NCBI GenBank assembly: GCA_041641305.1 | Contig: JBEPYN010000001.1 | Coordinates: forward strand, 262,498-326,497 | Direction: 5' to 3' | Source of the DNA: Nitrososphaerota archaeon | GTDB lineage: Archaea > Thermoproteota > Nitrososphaeria_A > Caldarchaeales > Caldarchaeaceae | Length of the DNA: 64,000 bases | The notes under the pieces: model-generated | What the model was told of the DNA's origin: nothing | What the model saw: the letters and a program-made list of their open reading frames with translations, nothing else | The model's database searches: none | In this document: piece by piece, positions 27,085-35,168 of the stretch | How positions within the stretch are numbered: the stretch's first letter is position 1 | Layout of the letters: each line of letters begins with the position of its first letter | Made by a program: the position numbers and the translations under genes

Positions 27085-28442
27085 AGGCATCCAACCTATT
27101 CAGCATACTCACGAAGCTGGCCCGAAACCCAGGAGCCGCGCGAACACTCTTCCAGCAATACCCTGTCAAGGAGCTGGTGGAAAAAGCAGAGAAAGGCCGC
27201 CAATCTGTCTTCCCTTTATCCGAGCTGGATGAATTCGGGAAAGCCTTACTCGGAGCACCTATCTACGTCGACCGCCCAACACGCTTCGACACCCTCGACA
27301 AAATCCTGATAATTCCCCCGCTATATACACCTCTTAGACTCCGGAAAATGGAGGAGCTGGTGCGTGAACCACTCTTCACCGATGTGGACACTTCATGCAG
27401 CGTTGGAGGATTCATGTCCAGCCTCCCCGTCGTCGTAGCGTCGATGGGCTCAACACCTGTCTACAACAAGGTCTCCCTCGATGTGGCAAGGTCGGCCGCC
27501 GAATCTGGTATACCTATGGGTGTGGGTGAAAACGTGGCAACCGTCTGGGGATACTCTGAGCGTGTGAAACCCAGTCAGCCATGCTTCAAGGAAAGGGTGA
27601 TGACCTATCTCGAAAACCTCGGCTACGATGGGAAAGGAGGCGTCTTCATACAGCAAAATGTGGAAGACGCATACGACGAGCTCTGGAACAGGGTCTACTC
27701 AGACCCCGACATAACACCCTATCTTGACAAGGGGCTTGTGGGGTTTGAGATTAAGCTGGGGCAGGGAGCCAAGCCGGGTCTCGGCGGTGAAACATTCGTC
27801 GAAAAAGACCTTGCCATAAAGCTCGCAGACAAATACGTGTTCGACGCAGACCCGCGGACAGTTCAGAAAGAACTTTATGAGAGACATTCCGCACCCGGCA
27901 CATACACCCCCGAAATCCTCCGAAGCATGATAAGGATAATGCGGAACAACTATCCACGTGCGAGGATATGGGTCAAGATGGGGCCATACAGAGACCTCGA
28001 GGATGTTGCGAGACTCTGCAGCGAGGAGAAGGTTGATGCCTTCTGGGTTGACGGAAAAGAGGGTGGAACAGGTCTGAGCCCTGTCACGGCGTTAAAAGAT
28101 TTAGGGCTCCCTCTGCTGGCGCTTCTGGGGAAAATCTTGAAGCTAAGCCGCGAAACATCCATCGACTATGTATGTAGCGGGAGACTAGTAGACGGCGCCG
28201 ACGTCGTCAAAGTCCTCTGCTTCGGAGCCAAGGCCGCGGGCCTCGGGCGCCCCTTCGTGGTCACGGCATACGCCGGAGGAACAGAAGGTGTGAAAAAATA
28301 TCTCGAGACAATCAGGATCGAGGTTCAGCTCCTCACCTCAGCTGTGGGAAAATACAGCGTCTCAAGCCTTGGACCCGAGGACATTAGGGCGACTGATAGA
28401 GATGTCGCAGAGGCCCTCGGGATAAAAAGCGTCTACGATTGA
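27081..28442 (+). CDS. glutamate synthase-related FMN-binding domain protein (GltB domain 2-like)
   Basis: Contains the hallmark 'GQGAKPGLGG' motif of the glutamate synthase FMN/TIM-barrel domain. 453 aa; ATGA overlap with the AsnA-like gene. Confidence 0.7.
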   Translation: MKASNLFSILTKLARNPGAARTLFQQYPVKELVEKAEKGRQSVFPLSELDEFGKALLGAPIYVDRPTRFDTLDKILIIPPLYTPLRLRKMEELVREPLFTDVDTSCSVGGFMSSLPVVVASMGSTPVYNKVSLDVARSAAESGIPMGVGENVATVWGYSERVKPSQPCFKERVMTYLENLGYDGKGGVFIQQNVEDAYDELWNRVYSDPDITPYLDKGLVGFEIKLGQGAKPGLGGETFVEKDLAIKLADKYVFDADPRTVQKELYERHSAPGTYTPEILRSMIRIMRNNYPRARIWVKMGPYRDLEDVARLCSEEKVDAFWVDGKEGGTGLSPVTALKDLGLPLLALLGKILKLSRETSIDYVCSGRLVDGADVVKVLCFGAKAAGLGRPFVVTAYAGGTEGVKKYLETIRIEVQLLTSAVGKYSVSSLGPEDIRATDRDVAEALGIKSVYD

Positions 28443-28978
28443 GAATACGCTGCCGAGACGAGGTATTGATAATCTTTTTCAGGAATTTTTCTCACGCTTC
28501 CGCGGAAATATCCATACCATCTAAACTTGTTTTTTATGAAGCTTAGGTTCTCCAGAACGTCTTCGAGTTTAACCGGGTTTGTCCAGAGCCGCGCCGCATC
28601 AAGCTTGATGAAGTGGGTGAGTTTTTCCGAGGGATAGCCCTTGATGTGAAACCTCAACTCATCGGTTATGGGCACAGGCTGTTGAGAAAAGACACCTTCG
28701 CCGATAAACAGTCTACCCTCCATCCCCGTAGAGAAAAACACCGCCGACCCCCCGTCTGAGAGCTCCTTCATCGCAGCTATTCTCGAACTCACCAGCCAGA
28801 ACCCGTGCTTTACCCTTTCAGCGGCAATCGCGCTTGCGGGGATTACTTCTTTCCCATGGACATGGTCTTTGACGACGAATATCCAGAAACCCACAGCCCT
28901 CGATACCTTGGAGGCTGTATAAATTTTTTCAAAGTACTGTGACCGATTTGGCCAAGTTCCGCGGCTTATCCGGGTCAT
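28433..28978 (-). CDS. hypothetical protein, possibly PUA-like (EVE/ASCH-type) fold
   Basis: Has 'FWIFVVKDH...GGSAVFFSTGMEGRLFIGEGVF', reminiscent of EVE-domain proteins. Start uncertain: the annotated ATG would overlap the glmS 3' end by 50 nt. Confidence 0.3.
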   Translation of the reverse strand: MTRISRGTWPNRSQYFEKIYTASKVSRAVGFWIFVVKDHVHGKEVIPASAIAAERVKHGFWLVSSRIAAMKELSDGGSAVFFSTGMEGRLFIGEGVFSQQPVPITDELRFHIKGYPSEKLTHFIKLDAARLWTNPVKLEDVLENLSFIKNKFRWYGYFRGSVRKIPEKDYQYLVSAAYSQS

Positions 28979-30746
28979 ATCCCTTGAGGACGGCCAAGTA
29001 GTAGGCGAGAAGTTGGAACGGGACCGTGTAGATTATGGGAGACAGCAGTGGATGGATTTTCGGGAGTCCGATGTAGTGGTCGGAGATGCTCTTCAGCTCT
29101 TCATCCTCTTTGTCGCCGAAGACGATTATTTTTGCTCCGCGGGCCTTCATCTCCATAATGCTGCTTATGTTTTGTTTTCGGTATTCGTCGGGCGGAGCCA
29201 CGAAGATGACAGGGACCTTTTCCTCTATCACGCTGATTGGGCCGTGTTTGCTTTCACCCGATGGGTAAGCTATGCAGGGTATGTAGGAGAGCTCCATGAC
29301 CTTTAGACGTCCTTCATAGGCTGTGCTGACGGAGATGCCGCGTCCCAAGATGAAGAGAAAAGGTGAGTTGACGAGTGTTTCCGCGAGCTCCCTCACCTTA
29401 GCCGGTGCGGTGAGCAAAACTTCTTCAACAAGCTTCGGAACCTTTGACAACTCGTGTCCAAACTCATCCATCTCAAACTGTGAAATCTTGCCTCTCAGCC
29501 TCGAAAGCCTCAAAGCAATCTGCGCCAACACGAGGACCTGCGAAGTAAAAGTCTTGGTGGCGGCCACACCTATCTCGGGCCCCGAGTTCTGGAGAACATA
29601 CGCCCGCGATACACGGGTGAGCGTGGAGCCGACGGTGTTTGTTAGTCCGAGGATTGTGCATGCTCTCATCCTCGCGAAATCAAGCGCATTCAGCACGTCG
29701 GCCGTCTCGCCTGACTGGCTTACGGCGAGTATGACCGTGTCCGCTCCAACCGCTCCCCCATAGTTTGCAACAAACTCAGACGCTATGACGGGGTAGGAGG
29801 GCATGCGAGCCACGGCTGAGAACATGTAGGAGCCTGCGAGACACGCGTTGTAGGAGGTCCCCGCACCCAGTAGAAAAACCACACGCCCCTTGTCCAGAAG
29901 CTCCGCAAGCAAATCCACATACTCTCGCTGGGTTCTCAAAGCATCTCTCAGAGAACTCGGCTGCTCAAAAATCTCCTTCAACATAAAATGTGGATGGCCT
30001 TGTTTCTCAGCCATCTCAACCGTGAGCGCAACCGTTTTCACCTGTCTATCAACAGCTGCACCATCGGCCAGACGGAAAATCTTGTAGCCGTCGACCCTAA
30101 CAGCGGCGGCATCGCCGTCATTCAGAAAAACCATCTGATTGGTCATCTCTATCAAAGCAGTCATGTCAGAGGCAATCATGTTAAACCCGGCGCCTACACC
30201 GATGATGAGTGGGGCCTCTTTACGTGCAACCATAATCACATTCGGCTCTCTCAAACATATTGCTGCAAGCGCGTAGCTTCCCTCGAGCCTTCGAACCGCG
30301 TGTACAAAGGCCTCCTCAAACCCCATGCCACGCTTCATGAAATCCTCAATCAGATGCGGGACAACCTCGGTGTCTGTTTTTGAGACAAGGTTGTGGTTGA
30401 GGTCGGTGAGCTCTTTTCTCAGTTGAAGAAAATTCTCCAACACACCGTTGTGGACCACCGCAACCGTTCCCATGCAGTCGGTGTGAGGATGCGCGTTTAC
30501 CTTAGAAGGCGCTCCATGCGTCGCCCACCTTGTATGAGCTATACCGATGCTGCCAGGCAACTTGTCCAGCGACAGTTTAGCATTCAACTCATCAACCTTC
30601 CCCGCATCCTTCTCCACAAACAAAGCATCCTCCGCAATAGTGGCCAAGCCAGCGGAATCATAGCCTCTATACTCGAGACGCTTGAGACCTTTCACCAAAA
30701 TGGGAGCAGCGTCTACGGATCCGATATAACCCACGATGCCGCACAT
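28929..30746 (-). CDS. glmS: glutamine--fructose-6-phosphate aminotransferase (isomerizing)
   Basis: Starts 'MCGIVGYIG' with the Ntn Cys2 nucleophile, followed by two SIS domains. Start placed at the Met immediately preceding the catalytic Cys. Confidence 0.9.
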   Translation of the reverse strand: MCGIVGYIGSVDAAPILVKGLKRLEYRGYDSAGLATIAEDALFVEKDAGKVDELNAKLSLDKLPGSIGIAHTRWATHGAPSKVNAHPHTDCMGTVAVVHNGVLENFLQLRKELTDLNHNLVSKTDTEVVPHLIEDFMKRGMGFEEAFVHAVRRLEGSYALAAICLREPNVIMVARKEAPLIIGVGAGFNMIASDMTALIEMTNQMVFLNDGDAAAVRVDGYKIFRLADGAAVDRQVKTVALTVEMAEKQGHPHFMLKEIFEQPSSLRDALRTQREYVDLLAELLDKGRVVFLLGAGTSYNACLAGSYMFSAVARMPSYPVIASEFVANYGGAVGADTVILAVSQSGETADVLNALDFARMRACTILGLTNTVGSTLTRVSRAYVLQNSGPEIGVAATKTFTSQVLVLAQIALRLSRLRGKISQFEMDEFGHELSKVPKLVEEVLLTAPAKVRELAETLVNSPFLFILGRGISVSTAYEGRLKVMELSYIPCIAYPSGESKHGPISVIEEKVPVIFVAPPDEYRKQNISSIMEMKARGAKIIVFGDKEDEELKSISDHYIGLPKIHPLLSPIIYTVPFQLLAYYLAVLKGYDPDKPRNLAKSVTVL

Positions 30747-30820
30747 GCATGACATGACACCGTGGTTCTTTATAAACACGTTTCAAAAAACTTAAGACCG
30801 GTCAAAAAATTCTTTACATC

Positions 30821-31747
30821 ATGCGCATAGTCGAGCTTGTCAAGGATGATGCCGAGGCGGATGTTCTCCTCGCAGACCCGGTTAGTCTACGTGCTCTTTC
30901 GACTCCGACGGCTTGGAAAGTTTTGCGCGCCTTCGTGGATGACAACTACATTTCGAGGGCGGCTTCGCAGACGGGTTTAAGCAAACAGTTGGTCAGCATG
31001 CATGTTACGAGGCTGGTGAGGGCTGGTTTGTTGAAGGAAGTAGGTGGAAGTGTTCACAGAGGCGGATACGCTAGAATTTATCGGACCACTTCATCGGGAT
31101 TAGCTTTCGTCTACTCTCGCAGATGCTGGAAAAAGAATCACCAGGCTAGGCGTATGCCCGAGCAGCTGGCGAAGTTTCTCACCCCAATCATAACCGATGG
31201 TATACTCGATGGACTTGTGGTGGTGGGTTCACCGCATCCACATGGACCCTTCCGAGCCGTTGCAACCGATGGACACTATGGTTTCCAGCTGGGGTTGTTC
31301 CTCGGAAAATACATCGCCTCCCAGAAGGATTTCGCCGTTAGGCTGGACGTCGACGTCAAATCGGAAAAACTATACACCGAGAACCTACTCCTCATCGGAG
31401 GCCCCGGCACAAACCTCATAACCGCGGAGATAAACAAAGAGATGCCAATATATTTTCTCGAGAACAACTACTGGGGAGGCCTCGTCTCGCCCAAAGCTGT
31501 ATACACAAGCGAGTTCACAGGACTTGTCGCAAAAACAGTCAACCCATTCAACCAGAGCAAACAGGTCATAGTTTTAGCTGGGCTAAGGGCCGCTGGAACA
31601 AAAGCGGCGGTAATAGCTCTAACGAACCACTGGCAAAGCCTCTTGAGCAGCTACACAGGGCAAGAGAGATGGGCAGCCGTTGTCGAGGGCCTAGACCTTG
31701 ACGGCGACGGAAAAATAGACTCGGTCAACGTGTTAGAGACCGCTTAA
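30821..31747 (+). CDS. winged-helix (ArsR/MarR-like) DNA-binding protein with uncharacterised C-terminal domain
   Basis: N-terminal HTH ('ISRAASQTGLSKQLVSMHVTRLVRAGLL'). The C-terminal ~200 aa show no recognisable motifs. Confidence 0.45.
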   Translation: MRIVELVKDDAEADVLLADPVSLRALSTPTAWKVLRAFVDDNYISRAASQTGLSKQLVSMHVTRLVRAGLLKEVGGSVHRGGYARIYRTTSSGLAFVYSRRCWKKNHQARRMPEQLAKFLTPIITDGILDGLVVVGSPHPHGPFRAVATDGHYGFQLGLFLGKYIASQKDFAVRLDVDVKSEKLYTENLLLIGGPGTNLITAEINKEMPIYFLENNYWGGLVSPKAVYTSEFTGLVAKTVNPFNQSKQVIVLAGLRAAGTKAAVIALTNHWQSLLSSYTGQERWAAVVEGLDLDGDGKIDSVNVLETA

Positions 31748-32317
31748 TAGGTCCAGCTGCTTCTCGGCCTCTTTCAAGTCCTCTACTTTGTCGATGTCCA
31801 GCAGCATCCATTTCTCAACATCAACCACAACAGGCCTTATCTCCGACAAGACTCCTCTCGCTCCCACGTCGCCATGCAGATTCAACAACTTATGGAAAAC
31901 TCGTTTGCTGAAGACTGCGGGAGTTACCGGCACCCCGTTCAACCCGGCGGCCACAGCGTCAACATCCTTTTCCAGAAACACCTCCACCAGCTTACGTACA
32001 ACCGGTTTTATGAAAGGCATGTCACCCAACACAGCCAAGAGGCCATTGGCTTGATACGGTGTCCAAGAAACTGCGAGCTTCAACGCCTCTGACATTCCCT
32101 TATCAGCTCTCCTGTTAACCAGCACCGAGAAGCCGTCGGGAAAACGGTACTTTCCAAGCTGCTCAGACCTTACAACGACAGCTCTGTAATCACAAAACTC
32201 AACAGCTTCGAGAGCCCACATGTAAAGAGGCTTCCCGCCCAACATAGTTGACATCTTATCCGCCCCAAACCTCTTAGAAAAACCTGAGGCGAGAACAGCA
32301 GCGGCCACCGTTGTCAT
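31733..32317 (-). CDS. MobA-like NTP transferase (molybdenum cofactor guanylyl/cytidylyltransferase family)
   Basis: 'AAVLASGFSKRFGADK' nucleotide-binding N-terminus typical of MobA/MocA. Start placed at the internal Met giving the canonical N-terminus. Confidence 0.6.
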   Translation of the reverse strand: MTTVAAAVLASGFSKRFGADKMSTMLGGKPLYMWALEAVEFCDYRAVVVRSEQLGKYRFPDGFSVLVNRRADKGMSEALKLAVSWTPYQANGLLAVLGDMPFIKPVVRKLVEVFLEKDVDAVAAGLNGVPVTPAVFSKRVFHKLLNLHGDVGARGVLSEIRPVVVDVEKWMLLDIDKVEDLKEAEKQLDLLSGL

Positions 32318-32390
32318 CGCACATGTATTCGTCGACCAGTTAAAAAAATTTAAAACTTGACGCAACACATACATAATAGGTGTTTTAAGG

Positions 32391-33056
32391 TTGTACTCAG
32401 CTAGGGAAAGGGTTGAGGATTATCGCTCAAGATTACTCTCGCTAACACAGGACCAGATGCGGAGAATTCTGGACCTTCTCCGCAAAACCGTGCTGATGGT
32501 GGAGATTGCGAGCAAAGAACCAGACAGTAAGAAGGTTGAGGAAACATATTCCGAGGTCATGCAGATAGACGAGGCTGCGAAAAACTGTCGCAGACAGGTA
32601 GAGAAGGAGGTATCCGAGATAGGGGCCCTGCTTACGAACAGAGAAGACTTCATCCGTTTGGTCAACTCTTTAGACAAAATAGCAGACATCGCGGAGGGAG
32701 TCGCGTTTAGGGTGGTCGGCCTCGTTAAATCTAGGATGAAGCTCGATAAAGAGATAATGACGCAGGTTCTCAGCCTTGCCGAGCTCGTTCTTCAGACCGT
32801 TACACGTCTGAGGGAAGCTATACTGGCGGTCACACTAAACAGCGAAACCTTCTACCAAAAACTCAAGGAGACCGAGGAATTTGAGAGAAAAGTGGACGAA
32901 CTCTATAGGAACATTGATTTGACCCTCCTAATGTCGGACATGAAGATAGGCCAGCTTCTGCTGGTGCGTGAAATAGTCTCGATGCTGGAAGACATCGCCG
33001 ACATGGCTGAGGAATCTGTGGAAACCCTCCGTGTACTCTCATTCGTTATCCTATGA
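32391..33056 (+). CDS. DUF47 / PhoU-related all-helical protein
   Basis: 221 aa, helical, with paired 'D..L...LD.IADIAE' segments as in PhoU-like/COG1392 proteins. Confidence 0.5.
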   Translation: MYSARERVEDYRSRLLSLTQDQMRRILDLLRKTVLMVEIASKEPDSKKVEETYSEVMQIDEAAKNCRRQVEKEVSEIGALLTNREDFIRLVNSLDKIADIAEGVAFRVVGLVKSRMKLDKEIMTQVLSLAELVLQTVTRLREAILAVTLNSETFYQKLKETEEFERKVDELYRNIDLTLLMSDMKIGQLLLVREIVSMLEDIADMAEESVETLRVLSFVIL

Positions 33057-33059
33057 CGT

Positions 33060-33605
33060 GTGCCGCGGATGTTTGAGGGCCTGCTTCTAGGAGACAGCGT
33101 AGTTGTATGGAATGTTGACCAAGCGCGGGAGCTTTACCGCACAGGATTCTATGGAAAACCCCTAGGCGTCCCCAAGCCAAGAGACCTCAACTTCGATGCC
33201 CCCCTTGTCCTCGACCTTGTCGAGGCTCTTTACCTCGCTAAGCAGCGAAAGCTGCGTATTCTCCGCGGCGACACAGAGATTTCTCCCGAGGATTTTGAGG
33301 AATATGCCGCATCGGTGGAGCCGAACTTCAAAACAAAGTACCATGTCTACGCAGACCTACGTGAACGTGGTTTCATAGTCCTGCCGGGGATAAAGTTCGG
33401 CAGCGACTTCGCGGTTTACCGACATGGCCCCGGCATAGACCATGCGCCATTCATCATACAGATTAAGAAGGGTGATGATAGGCTTTCTGCCTTGGAGATA
33501 ATTAGGGCGGGGCGCCTCGCCACCTCTGTCAAAAAACATTTCACGATATCTGTGCCCACTGATGATAAAGTTGTGTACCTGATGTTTGAGTGGTGGAGAG
33601 CTTAA
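33060..33605 (+). CDS. endA: tRNA-splicing endonuclease catalytic subunit (crenarchaeal short form)
   Basis: 181 aa with 'YHVYADLRERGFIV' and a C-terminal catalytic region ('...SVK..') typical of EndA. Its size fits the catalytic subunit of the heterotetrameric crenarchaeal enzyme. Confidence 0.75.
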   Translation: MPRMFEGLLLGDSVVVWNVDQARELYRTGFYGKPLGVPKPRDLNFDAPLVLDLVEALYLAKQRKLRILRGDTEISPEDFEEYAASVEPNFKTKYHVYADLRERGFIVLPGIKFGSDFAVYRHGPGIDHAPFIIQIKKGDDRLSALEIIRAGRLATSVKKHFTISVPTDDKVVYLMFEWWRA

Positions 33606-34258
33606 ACCATACGGATGTAGATGACGTGGAGTAGTTTTCCAAATTTCTTGATTTCGAGCAGCTTGTGCCCCGTGCGCTCGGCGTAGGCAATCATGTCAAC
33701 CTCTGTAGCCGGTTCAGAGGTTATCACATGCAGGCTCTCCCCAACCTTGAGGTAACGCGAGATAAAGTCGCCGACCTGTGTCAGGATGTTTTCACATGTT
33801 TCGCCGAAAACTGTGAGACGGAAATCGGCAAGTGTTTCTAAACAGGCCACGCCTCTCTCCGCGTTTATCGCGGCAAATTTTTCGGCGGCTGTCGACGAGT
33901 CCACAGCATTTGTCAGGGGTTTCTCCGCACGCACCTTTGCTAGCCATCCCTCATCGTAGGTGTTTTTCACCAAAAGCTCCGGTGTCAAAACCGGGTTAGT
34001 CTCAAGTATAATGCAGTCGACTGGTGCAAGCAAGGCGGCGTCGGCCCGTGGGTTGGACAACACCGCCAGCATGGTGTTTTTCTTGGCCAGCGTACCTGAT
34101 TGCCTCACGGTGACCCGGTGAGGTTTTCCGACAAAAAATAGATAGGGTTTTACGACGCCTACTAGGTAGGTGTTGTCTGAGAGAGGCTGCATCCAGAGGT
34201 CGTGTTCCACAACGTATAGTCTGTCGCTTGGGTAAATGCAGCCGTCAGCCTGGGTCAA
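33602..34258 (-). CDS. fusion of a glycine-cleavage H-protein-like domain and a TusA-like domain
   Basis: Residues 1-115 align to GcvH ('...APVDCIILETNPVLTPELLVKNTYDEGWLAKV' against the GcvH '...APVSGEIVEVN...PELVN.DPY.eGWifki'), but the position of the lipoyl-lysine ('ESVKA') reads 'SNPRA', i.e. Arg. The C-terminal ~75 aa match the TusA pattern ('GETCENIL...LKVGESLHVITSEPATEVDMIAYAERTGHKLLEIKK') with the Cys retained (CE rather than the usual CP). 4-nt overlap with the rhodanese gene. Confidence 0.55.
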   Translation of the reverse strand: MTQADGCIYPSDRLYVVEHDLWMQPLSDNTYLVGVVKPYLFFVGKPHRVTVRQSGTLAKKNTMLAVLSNPRADAALLAPVDCIILETNPVLTPELLVKNTYDEGWLAKVRAEKPLTNAVDSSTAAEKFAAINAERGVACLETLADFRLTVFGETCENILTQVGDFISRYLKVGESLHVITSEPATEVDMIAYAERTGHKLLEIKKFGKLLHVIYIRMV

Positions 34259-35106
34259 CGCTGCCGCTCAATCGGGAAACGGACGAGGTTCCCCCACTCA
34301 GTCCAGCTGCCGTCGTAAACTCTTACCCTCGGGTATCCGAGGAGATGCTTGAGGACAAACCATGTGACGCTGGCTCGTTCACCGATGCGGCAGTATGTCA
34401 CCACGTCCTTTTCAGGAGTCACACCTTTCGACGCGTAGAGCTGCTTAAGCTCCTCGGCCGACTTGAATGTTCCGTCTTCTCTGATAGCTTGTCCCCATGG
34501 AATGTTTATGGCGCCCGGTATGTGGCCTCCTCGTTGTGCATGCTCGTTGGGGTACTCTGGTGGGGCTGTTATCTCGCCTGTGAACTCGGCTGGTGAACGG
34601 ACGTCGACAAGAACGAGGTCGGCTTTCCCAACTTTTTCTCTGAGAAGCTCGTCGAAGAAGACGCGGTTTTCATATTTGACCTTCTCCACTTTATAGACCG
34701 CTGGCTTAGGTGTTGGAACCTCCTTAGTCAATTCCCCGCCCGTGTCTATCCATTTTTTTCTCCCGCCGTTTAGTATCTGAACTTTCTTGTGACCATATAT
34801 TTCGAAGACCCAGAAGGCGAATGTTGCGAACCAGTTGTTGTAGTCGCCGTAGAGGATGACGTGTGTGTCGTTTGAGACGCCGAGTCTGCTCAACAGTTTC
34901 TCAAACTCCTCCGGACCTATGATGTCCCTCTGATCGGGCTTGTTCATGTCCTTTCTCCAGTCTATCAACAGCGCGCCTGGGATGTGACCCTGCTCGTAGG
35001 CCAGCTTCGGGTCATAGTCCACCTCTATCACTGTTATGCCTGGTTTTCCGAGATTTGCTTTCAGCCACTCAACCTCTACCAAAACCGATGGGTTTGCGTA
35101 TGTCAT
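34255..35106 (-). CDS. tandem-domain rhodanese (thiosulfate/3-mercaptopyruvate sulfurtransferase family)
   Basis: Two rhodanese domains with the active-site loop 'CRIGERAS' in the second. Start placed at 'MTYANPSVLVEVEWL', the canonical rhodanese N-terminus. The ORF track extends to 35172, which would overlap fixC. Confidence 0.75.
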   Translation of the reverse strand: MTYANPSVLVEVEWLKANLGKPGITVIEVDYDPKLAYEQGHIPGALLIDWRKDMNKPDQRDIIGPEEFEKLLSRLGVSNDTHVILYGDYNNWFATFAFWVFEIYGHKKVQILNGGRKKWIDTGGELTKEVPTPKPAVYKVEKVKYENRVFFDELLREKVGKADLVLVDVRSPAEFTGEITAPPEYPNEHAQRGGHIPGAINIPWGQAIREDGTFKSAEELKQLYASKGVTPEKDVVTYCRIGERASVTWFVLKHLLGYPRVRVYDGSWTEWGNLVRFPIERQR

Positions 35107-35130
35107 GTGGTTTATATGCATGATGCAAGA

Positions 35131-35138
35131 TTTATAGG
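35131..35138 (-). promoter_or_regulatory. TATA-like element (CCTATAAA) about 28 nt upstream of the rhodanese ATG, within a 60-bp AT-rich island
   Basis: Minus-strand sequence after the fixCX stop reads GATATTTCCCAATTATTATTGTAGAATAATAACCTATAAATCTTGCATCATGCATATAAACCACATG. The spacing fits a leaderless archaeal transcript starting at the rhodanese ATG. Confidence 0.4.
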
Positions 35139-35168
35139 TTATTATTCTACAATAATAATTGGGAAATA

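Noticed and set aside
29323-29763. 146-aa plus-strand ORF inside glmS
   Set aside because: Antisense to the strongly supported glmS; no motifs.
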